Below are positions 50,398 to 59,870 of a stretch of DNA of 64,000 bases, one piece after another. Position 1 is the first letter of the stretch. Each line of letters begins with the position of its first letter. Source of the stretch: an uncultured Candidatus Saccharibacteria bacterium (GTDB taxonomy: Bacteria > Patescibacteriota > Saccharimonadia > Saccharimonadales > Saccharimonadaceae); NCBI GenBank assembly GCA_927910745.1, contig CAKMNX010000028.1, forward strand, positions 11,653 through 75,652, read 5' to 3'. Made by a program: the position numbers and the translations under genes. The notes below the pieces were generated by a model, which ran no database searches, was not told the DNA's origin, and saw nothing but the letters and a program-made list of their open reading frames with translations.

Positions 50398-53300
50398 ATG
50401 AATACCGTCACCACTTTCATTATTGTTTTTGGCTCGGCTGGCCTTATTCTGATCATCTTGTTTGTTGCCTTCATCGTCTATCGCAACAGTATGCGCGAGG
50501 CTAAGAACTACGAGCGAGGCCTTAAGATGGTGCCGATTCTCATCCACTTGCCACCTGCTAGTGATGATATCGACGGTGGGGGGCGTGACAAGCGTGACCT
50601 CACGGAGGAGGTGCTATCGCAGGCCCAAGTGATGTACAACATCATTGCGAGTACCAGCACCAAGGGCTTTATGAGCCGGATCTATGGGCAGCGCCATGTG
50701 TCATTTGAGATTGTGGCGCGCGAGGGTCTGGTGTATTACTATGCAGTGGTGCCAACAGTGCTGACGGACACAGTGCGCCAGGCAATTGCTGCAGCTTACC
50801 CATCGGCACGGCTCGAGGAGGTGTCGGAGCACTCGGTATTTAGTAAGGTAGGCAAGGCGAGTGGGACGATTGGTGGTGAGTTTACTCTGCGCAAAGAATT
50901 TATTTATCCGATTTCTACCTATATGGAGTCTAAGCGCGATGCGTCGCGGGCGCTGCTCAATGCAGTATCTTCGGCTGGGCGCGAGGATGGGGTGGGAATC
51001 CAATTTTTGATCCGCCCAGCGTATGAGAAATGGACGAAGCGCTCTATCTCGGCTGCCGAGCAGATCGTCAAGAACAAGGGTGAGAAAAAGAGTAGTGGCG
51101 GTAGTGGCCTCTCGGCGCGTGATGTTATGCAGGCACTATGGAAGCCGCCTGAGGCAAGTGACAAGAAGGAATTCCAAGCCGAGAAGCCGCTCAGTGCGGT
51201 GGAGCAGGCTAAAGTTGATGCTATCCAAGAGAAAATTCGCTACCCCGGCTATGAGGTAATGATCCGCGTGGTGGTGTCGTCCAACACGGCGGCGCGCTCA
51301 CAGGTGCTGCTCAAGAATATTGTGGCGGCGTTTGCACTGTTTGATTCGCCGAGCTTTAATGGCTTTAAGTTTAACCTTACTAAGAATGTCGATGAGCTCG
51401 CGACAGCCTTTATCTTCCGATTCTTCCCGCAGGCAAATAGCCGCGATATTCTCAACTCAGTAGAGCTTGCAACCCTCTTCCATTTGCCAGACCAAAATAG
51501 CATTCCTACCTCGCAAGTCAAGCGCCAAATGAGCAAGCAAGTCGATGGCCCAACAGAGGTGATGGAGACGGGGCTATTGCTTGGCTACAATGAGTTCCGT
51601 GGCGTGCGCAAGCCGATTCGCCTGGCTGATAAAGACCGTCGGCGTCACATCCATATCATTGGTCAGACGGGTGTAGGTAAGTCGGTCTTGCAAGAGAACT
51701 TGGCCTACCAGGATATGCTGGCGGGGCGGGGTTTTGCCTTGGTCGATCCGCACGGTGACTTAGCTGAGGCATTGCTCGCCAAGGTACCACGTGATCGGGT
51801 GGAGGATATTGTCTACTTCGACCCAGGTGATATGAGCAACCCGATTGGTCTTAATATGTTTGAGTTCGATCACCCCGACCAAAAGGACTTCTTGGTGCAG
51901 GAGGCGATCAACATGCTGTATGGCTTGTATGACCCAGGCCACACCGGTATCGTTGGGCCACGCCTCGAGCACATCTTCCGTAACTGTGCGTTGCTGCTGA
52001 TGGCTGATCCTGCAGGCGGGACGTTTGTCGACGTACCAAAGCTGCTGGTGGATGAGCAATTTCGTAATGCTAAGCTCAAATACGTGACGGACCGGCAGGT
52101 GCTCGACTTTTGGACGAAGGAGTTCCCAGCCTCGCAGCGCTCTAATGAAGCCGGTGACTTGATTAGCTGGGTGATCTCCAAGTTTGGTCCATTTATTAGC
52201 AACGATGCAATGCGCAATATTATTGGCCAGACTAAGAGTGGCTTCAACTTCCCCGAGATTATGAATAACAACAAGATTTTGCTCGTCAACCTCTCTAAAG
52301 GTAAGATGGGTGATCTCAACTCGAAGCTGCTTGGTATCATCTTCGTCATGAAATTCCAGGCGGCTGCCATGGCTCGGGCCAATATCCCCGAGCACGAGCG
52401 CAAGGACTTCACACTCTACGTTGACGAGTTCCAGAACTTTGCCACCGATAGCTTCGAGACAATCCTCAGTGAGGCGCGTAAGTATCGCTTGAGTTTGGTC
52501 TTGGCCAACCAGTTTATGACACAACTCAAGGAAGAACTGCGCGAGGCGATCCTTGGTAACGTTGGTACAACCATTACCGGCCGAATTGGTACGACTGATG
52601 CTGAGATCATGGTTAAGCGCTATACCCCTGTCTTTACTGCTGAGGACTTGACCAAACTGCCAAACTTCGAGTCCGTCTGTGTGGCGCAGATTAATGGCAC
52701 ACCATCGGCACCATTTAGCATGGCGTGGATTCCGCCAATGGGCGAGCCAAACCAGCAATTGAGCGGTGCTCTCAAGAAACTCTCGGCCGCGAAGTACGGC
52801 CGGCCACGCGACCAAGTGGAGCGCGATATAGCTGCCCGTATTAGTGTGCAACAGCCCAGTCAGCCAGCAGCCGGAGCGGGGCGCCCAGGGGGTGCAGCCG
52901 GAGCTGGCGGTGGGTCGTCCTTCCTGGATGAATGGCTTGCCAAGCGTAAACAGATGAATGCAAAGAAACCGCAATCGGCGGCAGCACCATCGAGCGCGCC
53001 AGCCTCACGGCCCGGTAGCCCGGCTGCTCAACCAGCTCGGCCACAAACTGCACCGGCTTCAGCGCAGCCATTGCGTGCCCAACCAGCCACGCCGCCAGCT
53101 TCTTCGCCCTCTCAGGCGCCACGGCCACAGCCAGCTAGCGCTCCTCGCACTATGCCAAATCCAAGCACGTCATCTCCATCGTCGGCTCAGCCTACTCCAC
53201 CACCGTCACCAGCGGTGCAAGATGCGCTTGATAGAGCACGTCATGCTGCGCGGCCCAATATCCTTGGTGGCCAGCCGGCCGAGGCACGTGCTCAGTCTAC

Positions 53301-53448
53301 TCCACCAGTCGCACCATCACCCGCTCCCGAGCCAGCTATGCCATCGCCAGAAGAGCTAGAGCGTGAAGCTCTGCGTCGCCAAGGCACTCTCAACACCCAT
53401 GGTGACCTGAGCGGCGAGCCACAGGAAGTGTCGATTAAGCTGCATTGA
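50398..53448 (+). CDS. membrane-anchored FtsK/HerA/VirB4-VirD4 superfamily P-loop ATPase (T4SS/conjugation-type)
   Basis: N-terminal TM helix. Walker A HIHIIGQTGVGKS. Walker B LYVDEFQNF. RKYRLSLVLANQFMTQL. A Pro/Ala/Ser-rich tail of about 200 aa follows. Confidence 0.6.
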   Translation: MNTVTTFIIVFGSAGLILIILFVAFIVYRNSMREAKNYERGLKMVPILIHLPPASDDIDGGGRDKRDLTEEVLSQAQVMYNIIASTSTKGFMSRIYGQRHVSFEIVAREGLVYYYAVVPTVLTDTVRQAIAAAYPSARLEEVSEHSVFSKVGKASGTIGGEFTLRKEFIYPISTYMESKRDASRALLNAVSSAGREDGVGIQFLIRPAYEKWTKRSISAAEQIVKNKGEKKSSGGSGLSARDVMQALWKPPEASDKKEFQAEKPLSAVEQAKVDAIQEKIRYPGYEVMIRVVVSSNTAARSQVLLKNIVAAFALFDSPSFNGFKFNLTKNVDELATAFIFRFFPQANSRDILNSVELATLFHLPDQNSIPTSQVKRQMSKQVDGPTEVMETGLLLGYNEFRGVRKPIRLADKDRRRHIHIIGQTGVGKSVLQENLAYQDMLAGRGFALVDPHGDLAEALLAKVPRDRVEDIVYFDPGDMSNPIGLNMFEFDHPDQKDFLVQEAINMLYGLYDPGHTGIVGPRLEHIFRNCALLLMADPAGGTFVDVPKLLVDEQFRNAKLKYVTDRQVLDFWTKEFPASQRSNEAGDLISWVISKFGPFISNDAMRNIIGQTKSGFNFPEIMNNNKILLVNLSKGKMGDLNSKLLGIIFVMKFQAAAMARANIPEHERKDFTLYVDEFQNFATDSFETILSEARKYRLSLVLANQFMTQLKEELREAILGNVGTTITGRIGTTDAEIMVKRYTPVFTAEDLTKLPNFESVCVAQINGTPSAPFSMAWIPPMGEPNQQLSGALKKLSAAKYGRPRDQVERDIAARISVQQPSQPAAGAGRPGGAAGAGGGSSFLDEWLAKRKQMNAKKPQSAAAPSSAPASRPGSPAAQPARPQTAPASAQPLRAQPATPPASSPSQAPRPQPASAPRTMPNPSTSSPSSAQPTPPPSPAVQDALDRARHAARPNILGGQPAEARAQSTPPVAPSPAPEPAMPSPEELEREALRRQGTLNTHGDLSGEPQEVSIKLH

Positions 53449-53534
53449 TAAACGCTTAATACAGGTGATAGAGAACACAAGCGGCAAGTACGATATTTTT
53501 CGACGTTCGTTACCATGTGTATTATACTAAGTCT

Positions 53535-54026
53535 ATGAAAACTCACTACATCTTACTGGAACTAAGCCAAGGTTGGCGGTATGTCGGCGACGATTGGGAG
53601 TTGGATTCTGATAATACAACGTGCCGAAACAAATTCACGTCTGCGACGACAACGTTCGGTGCCGACGACATATGCCCCTGGTGTATTGAACTTGGAGTAG
53701 AACGGACACTTCCGCGTGAGGTGGGCGTGCCCACTCCTTACCCTATAGAAGGTGGCCGTTACGTACTTACTGTTTGTTCACCCTCGTTCGTTGATGATCC
53801 ACGTGGCAAGTGGTACTTTGAAGATGACGACGAGGAAGGTGATGACGAAGCAAAGCCTCTGATTATGAATACGCTTGACTACGACGCCATCTCTGAGTTT
53901 GTCGAAACAAAATTAAAAGAGTATACGTTCACATCCACACCTGACGATCCGTATGGAGACGATGTCGAATTTCGTAATGTCACAAAGCACTGGCTTTATG
54001 ATGCCGACTGGGATGATTATCATTAA
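53535..54026 (+). CDS. hypothetical acidic Cys-containing protein
   Basis: ORF only. Asp/Glu-rich. Confidence 0.3.
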   Translation: MKTHYILLELSQGWRYVGDDWELDSDNTTCRNKFTSATTTFGADDICPWCIELGVERTLPREVGVPTPYPIEGGRYVLTVCSPSFVDDPRGKWYFEDDDEEGDDEAKPLIMNTLDYDAISEFVETKLKEYTFTSTPDDPYGDDVEFRNVTKHWLYDADWDDYH

Positions 54027-54264
54027 TAGGTTTTTTTGCCAAAGACACTACTTAGACGCTTGAGTTATTTGTTAGCAACTCTGACAGTGGTATCGTTCAC
54101 TCATGACATACGTAGCCACTGTCGTTTAGGTACTTCTCTCTAGTCTGAGTGACCTCCCTCTAGAGCAGTGGAGTTTGATCAATAGGGCACTATTTGGCAT
54201 GGGAAGTGTAAGCTATCAGTGATTGAATCATATGGTTGATAGAGCAGTGATTTGCAGAGGCAAG

Positions 54265-54891
54265 CTACACATTCCGCCGACCAAGCATCATCATGCGCAC
54301 AAAGTCGAAGGCGAGGCCGCAGAGCCAGCCGAGGGCGAAGGCGGCAATGGATTCGGCACCAGAGAGTGGGTAGCCGTTGAAGCGGGCGATGAGGTAGATG
54401 GCTAGAGTGAGTACGAAGGCGGCAATGGCACCAGAGAGCAGCGCATTGGGCCGAGCAACGGTATTGCCAGTGACTTCGCTTGCCTTCTCGATGGCTGGGT
54501 TGTGGATGACTTTGCTAAAGGCGCGGCTTGAGGGCGAGAGCTGAGACTGGACAGCTGCCATGGTTTTATCGAAGCGTTCTTGTTGAGCGGCTGGGCTGGT
54601 TTGGCGTTGGCGCTCGGCGCGCTGTTGTTCGCGGGTTTCGCGCTGGCGGCGCTCAGCTTCGGCAGTGGCTCGTTTTTGCTCGGCAGCTTGCTCGTAGACT
54701 TGCTCGGCTTCGTGGCGAGCGGCCCTAAGGGTTTCGCGTTGCTGACGCGTTTCGCCCTGGAGGCTGGGGTGCTCTAACTGGCGGTGTTCGCCAGATTGGC
54801 GCAGGGCAGTCAGCTGTTCGGCGCGTGATTGCTCGATGGTTTGCTCGGTGCGGTGCTCAGGTTGGCGCTTGGTGGTAAATCGTTCTGCCAT
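54265..54891 (-). CDS. hypothetical coiled-coil protein with C-terminal TM helices
   Basis: N-terminal region is rich in R, E and Q. Two predicted TM helices at the C-terminus. Confidence 0.35.
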   Translation of the reverse strand: MAERFTTKRQPEHRTEQTIEQSRAEQLTALRQSGEHRQLEHPSLQGETRQQRETLRAARHEAEQVYEQAAEQKRATAEAERRQRETREQQRAERQRQTSPAAQQERFDKTMAAVQSQLSPSSRAFSKVIHNPAIEKASEVTGNTVARPNALLSGAIAAFVLTLAIYLIARFNGYPLSGAESIAAFALGWLCGLAFDFVRMMMLGRRNV

Positions 54892-54905
54892 TGGTTTCTC
54901 CTTGG

Positions 54906-56525
54906 TTAGATTGTTCCGGCGTTAAAGTTGCGGCGCACGAGGCGGATCTCAGTGCTGAGCTGGCGTGAGCGAGCGTAGAAGAAGACTACTACCGCAAGGA
55001 CGATGCCAGCAAAGATGATATTCTCGCTGCTACCGGTGTGGGGTAGCTCGGTTACCACTTGCTCGACGACGCGCTTCTCGGCAGGGCAATCTACCTTGGT
55101 GCTAAGTGTGTTGCCAAAGGTGTTGTCGATACGGCAATCGTAGGAGGTTGCGTTGCTGGTGCCAGTACCCATCGAAGGAATCTGATCTTTGAGCTGGACG
55201 GTAAATTGCCGCTCTTGGCTCTCGCCTGGCTTGATCTCTACAGCTGGCCAGCTGAGGATGGTTGCATCGATGCTGGCGCTTTGGTTGGTGTCTTTGGCAA
55301 GTGTGCCGCCACCAGCGTCAACGACCGTAGCGTATTGGAGGACATCGCTAAGGTTGTCGCTAAAGGTGAATTTCTCGGCATTGAGACCTTTGTTGGTGAC
55401 GCTAAGCTTGTAGGTAATGCGGTCGTGGGCTTTGGCGGTGACGGTGGTTGTCTCAGCACTGTTTTGGGTGAGGTTGTGGCCACTCTTGGTCTGGACGAAT
55501 TTGGCAGTACAGGTCTTGTCCTCTAACCAGAGGGTGTTGTTGCCTGGGCAGGGTTGGCAACGGGCGTCATCTTTGAGCAGAGTAGGATTGACCGGGCAGT
55601 GGGCGGGTGCAGCGATGACGAAGGTCTTGGCACAGGCTTCACTGGTACGGTCGCCCAGAGAGGTTTTGACAGTGAGGACGACGCGGTACGAACCGGGCGT
55701 TTTCTCGCTGTAGCTGACGGTGGGTGTGCTACTCTCGAGTGTTTTGGCGAGTTTGCCATCGCGGTAGACGTGGAAGACATAGCCGGTGATAGTAGCGCCA
55801 TGCTGGGCAGACGCCGCAGCGGTGAATTGGTAGGTGGTGTCGTTCTTGTTGATAACAAGGCCACTACAGCTTGCCACTGGCGTTGGCTTGATGACAGATG
55901 GCGGCGTACTGCAGTTTGGATAAGTACCGACCTGGCCGGGTGGGCAGACAGGTGCGGGTGGCACTGTCTGAGTGATGAGGTTACCACAGTTGAGCATAAT
56001 GGCAAACCAGCCAAACTTCGCTGAGTGGCCAACGAATGCCCGGTAGGTGAAATTCCCCCACAGGTGGTGTGGCCGGTAGTAGAAGTTGCGCATTCCACCT
56101 TGCGCTGCCTTCACAGAATACACGCCTTCGCCCTGGGCAGCACTAAAGTGCGGCGTCATTCCCCACGAGTAGGTGTTCTCGGTGCTTCGCCGGGTTTCGA
56201 GGCGAGTTGTCGCTTGTTGCAGCTCAGCACGGGTAATGCCGATGGTGCTGTAGAGGTCACGGATGTTGTTGGTGTTGGCGTCGTAGTGTGCCATCAGCTG
56301 CGAGCCATTGCTAATTCCACCGTAGATCATATCGCTTGGGTCGGCGGCGTTAGCCGATTCTGGTGGTGCAAGCAGCGTGAACGATTGCACGACGAGCGCC
56401 AGCGCGGTAAATATCAGCCCCAAGCGACGCGTTGCTTCTTCCTTGCGCAAACGCTTCGCGTAGAAGCCCAGCTGGCCGACGATCGCCGGGCTGAGCGATA
56501 AGTTTGATACGAGTTTCCGAAACAT
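54906..56525 (-). CDS. LPXTG (LPHTG) cell-wall-anchored surface protein with DUF11-like repeat domains
   Basis: Signal peptide MFRKLVSNLSLSPAIVGQLGFY...ANA. Cys-rich beta-repeat regions. C-terminus reads LPHTG, then a TM helix, then ARSRQ. Confidence 0.6.
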   Translation of the reverse strand: MFRKLVSNLSLSPAIVGQLGFYAKRLRKEEATRRLGLIFTALALVVQSFTLLAPPESANAADPSDMIYGGISNGSQLMAHYDANTNNIRDLYSTIGITRAELQQATTRLETRRSTENTYSWGMTPHFSAAQGEGVYSVKAAQGGMRNFYYRPHHLWGNFTYRAFVGHSAKFGWFAIMLNCGNLITQTVPPAPVCPPGQVGTYPNCSTPPSVIKPTPVASCSGLVINKNDTTYQFTAAASAQHGATITGYVFHVYRDGKLAKTLESSTPTVSYSEKTPGSYRVVLTVKTSLGDRTSEACAKTFVIAAPAHCPVNPTLLKDDARCQPCPGNNTLWLEDKTCTAKFVQTKSGHNLTQNSAETTTVTAKAHDRITYKLSVTNKGLNAEKFTFSDNLSDVLQYATVVDAGGGTLAKDTNQSASIDATILSWPAVEIKPGESQERQFTVQLKDQIPSMGTGTSNATSYDCRIDNTFGNTLSTKVDCPAEKRVVEQVVTELPHTGSSENIIFAGIVLAVVVFFYARSRQLSTEIRLVRRNFNAGTI

Positions 56526-56828
56526 GATGTACCCCCATAGACCATCAATGTTAGCTAAATGTTCTATGTATATTCTAGCAATGTGTTGCACGAAATGCAA
56601 TTGTTTATTGGTTGTGCTTACTGATGTGTGATGCAGGAAGGAGCTCGAGAGTCGGTTATATAATCTGTTTTTCAATTCTAAGGTATAAAGTTAGTGATTT
56701 GACAATATCAATCCACACAATGTGAAAGGTGAGAAGTAGTGAGAAATTGAAGCGAAAAAATCACTAAGGCTTTAGAGTGTAGACTAGCCTATTTGACACA
56801 AGCTCCAACCTAGAGAATAATATGGAAT

Positions 56829-57275
56829 ATGGCTCGCTCTGCTCGCTCACACCATCCCAATGACTTCGCGCTCGATATTGCGCATAATGAGCTCGATCTC
56901 TTTCGCTGGTTCCTGTTGGTGTATCTGCTGGGCAAGCCGATTCAATCACCGGTGGCGGTGCAGACCTGGCGTCTCTTGGTGGAGCACCAGCTTGATACGC
57001 CGTGGGCGCTGCTTGCGGTGGAGCGCAAACGCCTCGTGCGGCTGCTGGATGAAGGCAAATACACGCGCTATGATGAGAAAACAGCGGCGGCGCTGCGGCT
57101 CTGTGCGCAGCAGCTGATTGATTAGTATGATGGCTCGCTGATGCTGCTGATAGAAAACAGCCCAAGCGAAGCCGAGTGCGCCAAACGCCTGCAAAAATTC
57201 TACGGCGTCGGGCCAAAGACGGCGGAGATTTTCCTGCGTGGCATAGAGGAGCTATTTGCTCAGCGTGTGGAATAA
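56829..57275 (+). pseudogene. small HhH-motif protein (endonuclease III/Cdd1-like HhH-GPD segment) with an in-frame TAG at 57123-57125
   Basis: A single reading frame continues through the TAG to FYGVGPKTAEIFLRG (helix-hairpin-helix) and stops at 57275. Confidence 0.45.
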
Positions 57276-57310
57276 ACGGTTGTTGGATAATAAAAATAAA
57301 GGAGTAATAA

Positions 57311-58321
57311 ATGCTCGATACATTTCGGAAAATAGGACAGAGCGGAGCGCAGTGGAGTCGGCGACACTGGCGAGGGCTGGCAGTATGTGGAGTGATTATT
57401 ATGGGGCTGTGGCTTCATAATACGAGTCTCTTTATGCCGACGCAGCGCCCACGGATACTTGCTCACCGAGGCTTGGCACAGACCTTTGACTACAGCAAGG
57501 TTGGCAATGATACCAACACTGCAGCCATTATGGATAAACCTGAGCACCCCTATCTTGAGAATACGATCCCGTCGATGCGCGCTGCCTTTGATCATGGTGC
57601 GGATGTGGTGGAGCTTGACCTCAAGCTCACGAAAGATAAGCAACTCGCGGTCTTCCATGATGCAACGTTGGAATACCGCACAGAAGCCAAGGGGGAAATT
57701 GGCAAGTACACGATGGCTGAGCTCAAGCAGCTCGACATTGGTTATGGCTACACGGCGGATGGCGGCAAAACCTTTCCATTCCGCGGCAAAGGGGTGGGCT
57801 TGATGCCGACGCTGGATGAGGTGCTGGCAGCCTTTCCGCACAAAGATCTTCTTTTACATGTTAAGGACGGCAACCACCAGACATACGAAGTGCTGTGGGG
57901 CAAGCTCCGAGCGATGGACCGGGAACGCTTTAAGCAGATGACGGTCTACGGTAACGATAATGGCATTGCCTGGCTGCGCCAACAAAGCGCGACGCTGCGC
58001 TTGTGTTCCAAGGCGATGATGAAGGCCGGGTTGCTGCGGTACGTGGCAGTTGGCTGGACGGGTTATGTGCCGCACGAGCTGCACAATATGGAGCTGCACA
58101 TTCCGCGGCGCTATGCACCACTGCTATGGGGCTGGCCAGGTAAGTTTGTTGACCGGATGGCGGCGGTAAACACGCGAGTAATGTTGGTCGAAGGCGATGG
58201 ACAGTGGTCAGCTGGGTTTGATACAGCAGAGAGTGTGACGCAGATACCGCCACAGTTTGGCGGGTATGTCTGGACGAACCGGATTGATCGGGTGCAGCCA
58301 GTGCTCGCGCGGCGGCGCTGA
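57311..58321 (+). CDS. glycerophosphodiester phosphodiesterase family protein (membrane-anchored)
   Basis: RBS aaaggag precedes the ATG. ILAHRGLAQ...E.D motifs, plus FHD. Confidence 0.7.
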   Translation: MLDTFRKIGQSGAQWSRRHWRGLAVCGVIIMGLWLHNTSLFMPTQRPRILAHRGLAQTFDYSKVGNDTNTAAIMDKPEHPYLENTIPSMRAAFDHGADVVELDLKLTKDKQLAVFHDATLEYRTEAKGEIGKYTMAELKQLDIGYGYTADGGKTFPFRGKGVGLMPTLDEVLAAFPHKDLLLHVKDGNHQTYEVLWGKLRAMDRERFKQMTVYGNDNGIAWLRQQSATLRLCSKAMMKAGLLRYVAVGWTGYVPHELHNMELHIPRRYAPLLWGWPGKFVDRMAAVNTRVMLVEGDGQWSAGFDTAESVTQIPPQFGGYVWTNRIDRVQPVLARRR

Positions 58322-58465
58322 GTTTTATACACTTGAGTGAAATGAGGTAGGATAGGTGACAGACGCGCGCGTCTTGTTCTTGAGTAGTATACTAAACGAA
58401 TCATTATTGTAATTCATTTACATTAGGTGTAATCTATGCGATAATCTTAAGGAAGGAGAAGTAAA

Positions 58466-59791
58466 ATGCACACACAATTTGATGCACTGATTATTGGTTT
58501 TGGTAAGGCGGGCAAGACGCTAGCGGTAGCACTCGCTGGGGCAGGTCAGCGGGTGGCGCTGGTGGAGCAGTCGCCGCAGATGTATGGTGGGACATGTATT
58601 AATATTGCCTGTATCCCGACCAAGACGCTGGTGAGTGCGGCAGCAGCTGGCCGGTCTATCGACGAAGCGTTTGCGCGCAAGACAGCGGTTGTGACCAAGC
58701 TCAATAGCAAGAACTACCACATGCTTGCGGATAATCCGGGCGTAATGGTTATTGATGGCACCGCGTCGTTTGTTGATGCGCACACGGTGAGTGTCCAGGC
58801 GGGTGAGCAGCGTATTGAGCTGCAGGCAGAACGGTTGTTCATTAATACCGGTGCAGTGCCAGTGATGCCGGCGATTACTGGCCTTGAGCAATCGGCCCAT
58901 GTCTATACCAGTACAGAGGTGCTCAACCAGCAGCTCAAACCACGGCGGCTAGCGGTGATTGGCGCTGGACCGATTGGCCTCGAGTTTGCCTCTACCTATG
59001 CAGCCCTTGGTGTGGAGGTCACGCTCTACCATCGCCGGGCGCAGCTGCTTCCGCACGAAGAGCCATCTGTTGCCCAAGCAGTTGCCCAGGCTCTGGAAGA
59101 GCAGGGTATAACACTGGTGCTTGCATCAGATATACAGCAGGTACGTGATACAGACCACGGCGTTGCTGTGATGAGTGGCAGTGATGAGCAAGTATATGAT
59201 GCTGTGCTCGTGGCGGCTGGCCGCCAGCCTAATACCAGTCAGCTTGGTCTTGCCGCCGCTGGTGTGGAGACTGACGAGCGCGGTGCGATCATCGTTAATG
59301 ACCAATTGCAGACCACTCAGCCGCATATCTGGGCGCTGGGCGATGTCAATGGTGGGCCACAGTATACCTATGTGTCGCTCGACGACTTTCGTATTGTCAA
59401 GAGCCAGCTCCTTGGTGATGGTAGCTATACGCGGGCTCAGCGTGCAGTATTGCCGCATGTGATATTTATGCAGACACCACTGGCGCGGGTTGGTCTGACG
59501 GAAACAGCAGCTCACGCGCAGTATGGTGACGATGTGAAAGTTAAAGAGTTGCCGGCTATGGCGGTGCCACGCATGCATGTTGATAATAAAACAACGGGGT
59601 TACTCAAAGCAGTGGTGCAGCCATCGACAGGCCGCATTCTTGGCGCGACGCTCTTTTGCCAGCAGGCACCAGAGGTGATTAATACTATCAAAACAGCAAT
59701 GGATGCTGGTTTGCCCTATACCGTACTGCGCGACCAGATATTTACTCATCCAACGGTAAGTGAGGCGTTGAATGACCTATTTGCTAGCTAG
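58466..59791 (+). CDS. FAD-dependent pyridine nucleotide-disulfide oxidoreductase (class I, CxxxxC)
   Basis: RBS aaggaaggag precedes the ATG. IIGFGKAG, GGTCINIACIPTK, a second Rossmann motif (VIGAGPIGLE), and the C-terminal HPTVSE. Confidence 0.75.
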   Translation: MHTQFDALIIGFGKAGKTLAVALAGAGQRVALVEQSPQMYGGTCINIACIPTKTLVSAAAAGRSIDEAFARKTAVVTKLNSKNYHMLADNPGVMVIDGTASFVDAHTVSVQAGEQRIELQAERLFINTGAVPVMPAITGLEQSAHVYTSTEVLNQQLKPRRLAVIGAGPIGLEFASTYAALGVEVTLYHRRAQLLPHEEPSVAQAVAQALEEQGITLVLASDIQQVRDTDHGVAVMSGSDEQVYDAVLVAAGRQPNTSQLGLAAAGVETDERGAIIVNDQLQTTQPHIWALGDVNGGPQYTYVSLDDFRIVKSQLLGDGSYTRAQRAVLPHVIFMQTPLARVGLTETAAHAQYGDDVKVKELPAMAVPRMHVDNKTTGLLKAVVQPSTGRILGATLFCQQAPEVINTIKTAMDAGLPYTVLRDQIFTHPTVSEALNDLFAS

Positions 59792-59822
59792 GAATAGCAA
59801 GTTGTATTTGCTATCTATAATA

Positions 59823-59852
59823 AAAGCCTCCCCCGTGTATGGGGAGGCTTTG
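59823..59852. terminator. bidirectional rho-independent terminator
   Basis: Hairpin gcctcccc-loop-ggggaggc flanked by aaaa and ttt. Confidence 0.6.
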
Positions 59853-59870
59853 TAACTACTAGAGTGGTTG

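Noticed and set aside
49558-50547. 329-aa minus-strand ORF spanning the PdaC 5' end and the 49969-50397 gene
   Set aside because: Its composition looks random (rich in His, Arg, Cys, Trp) and it overlaps two better-supported genes. The plus-strand gene is translationally coupled to the downstream ATPase.
51760-52974. 404-aa minus-strand ORF inside the VirB4/VirD4-like ATPase gene
   Set aside because: It is antisense to a gene with clear Walker A and Walker B motifs. It is spurious.
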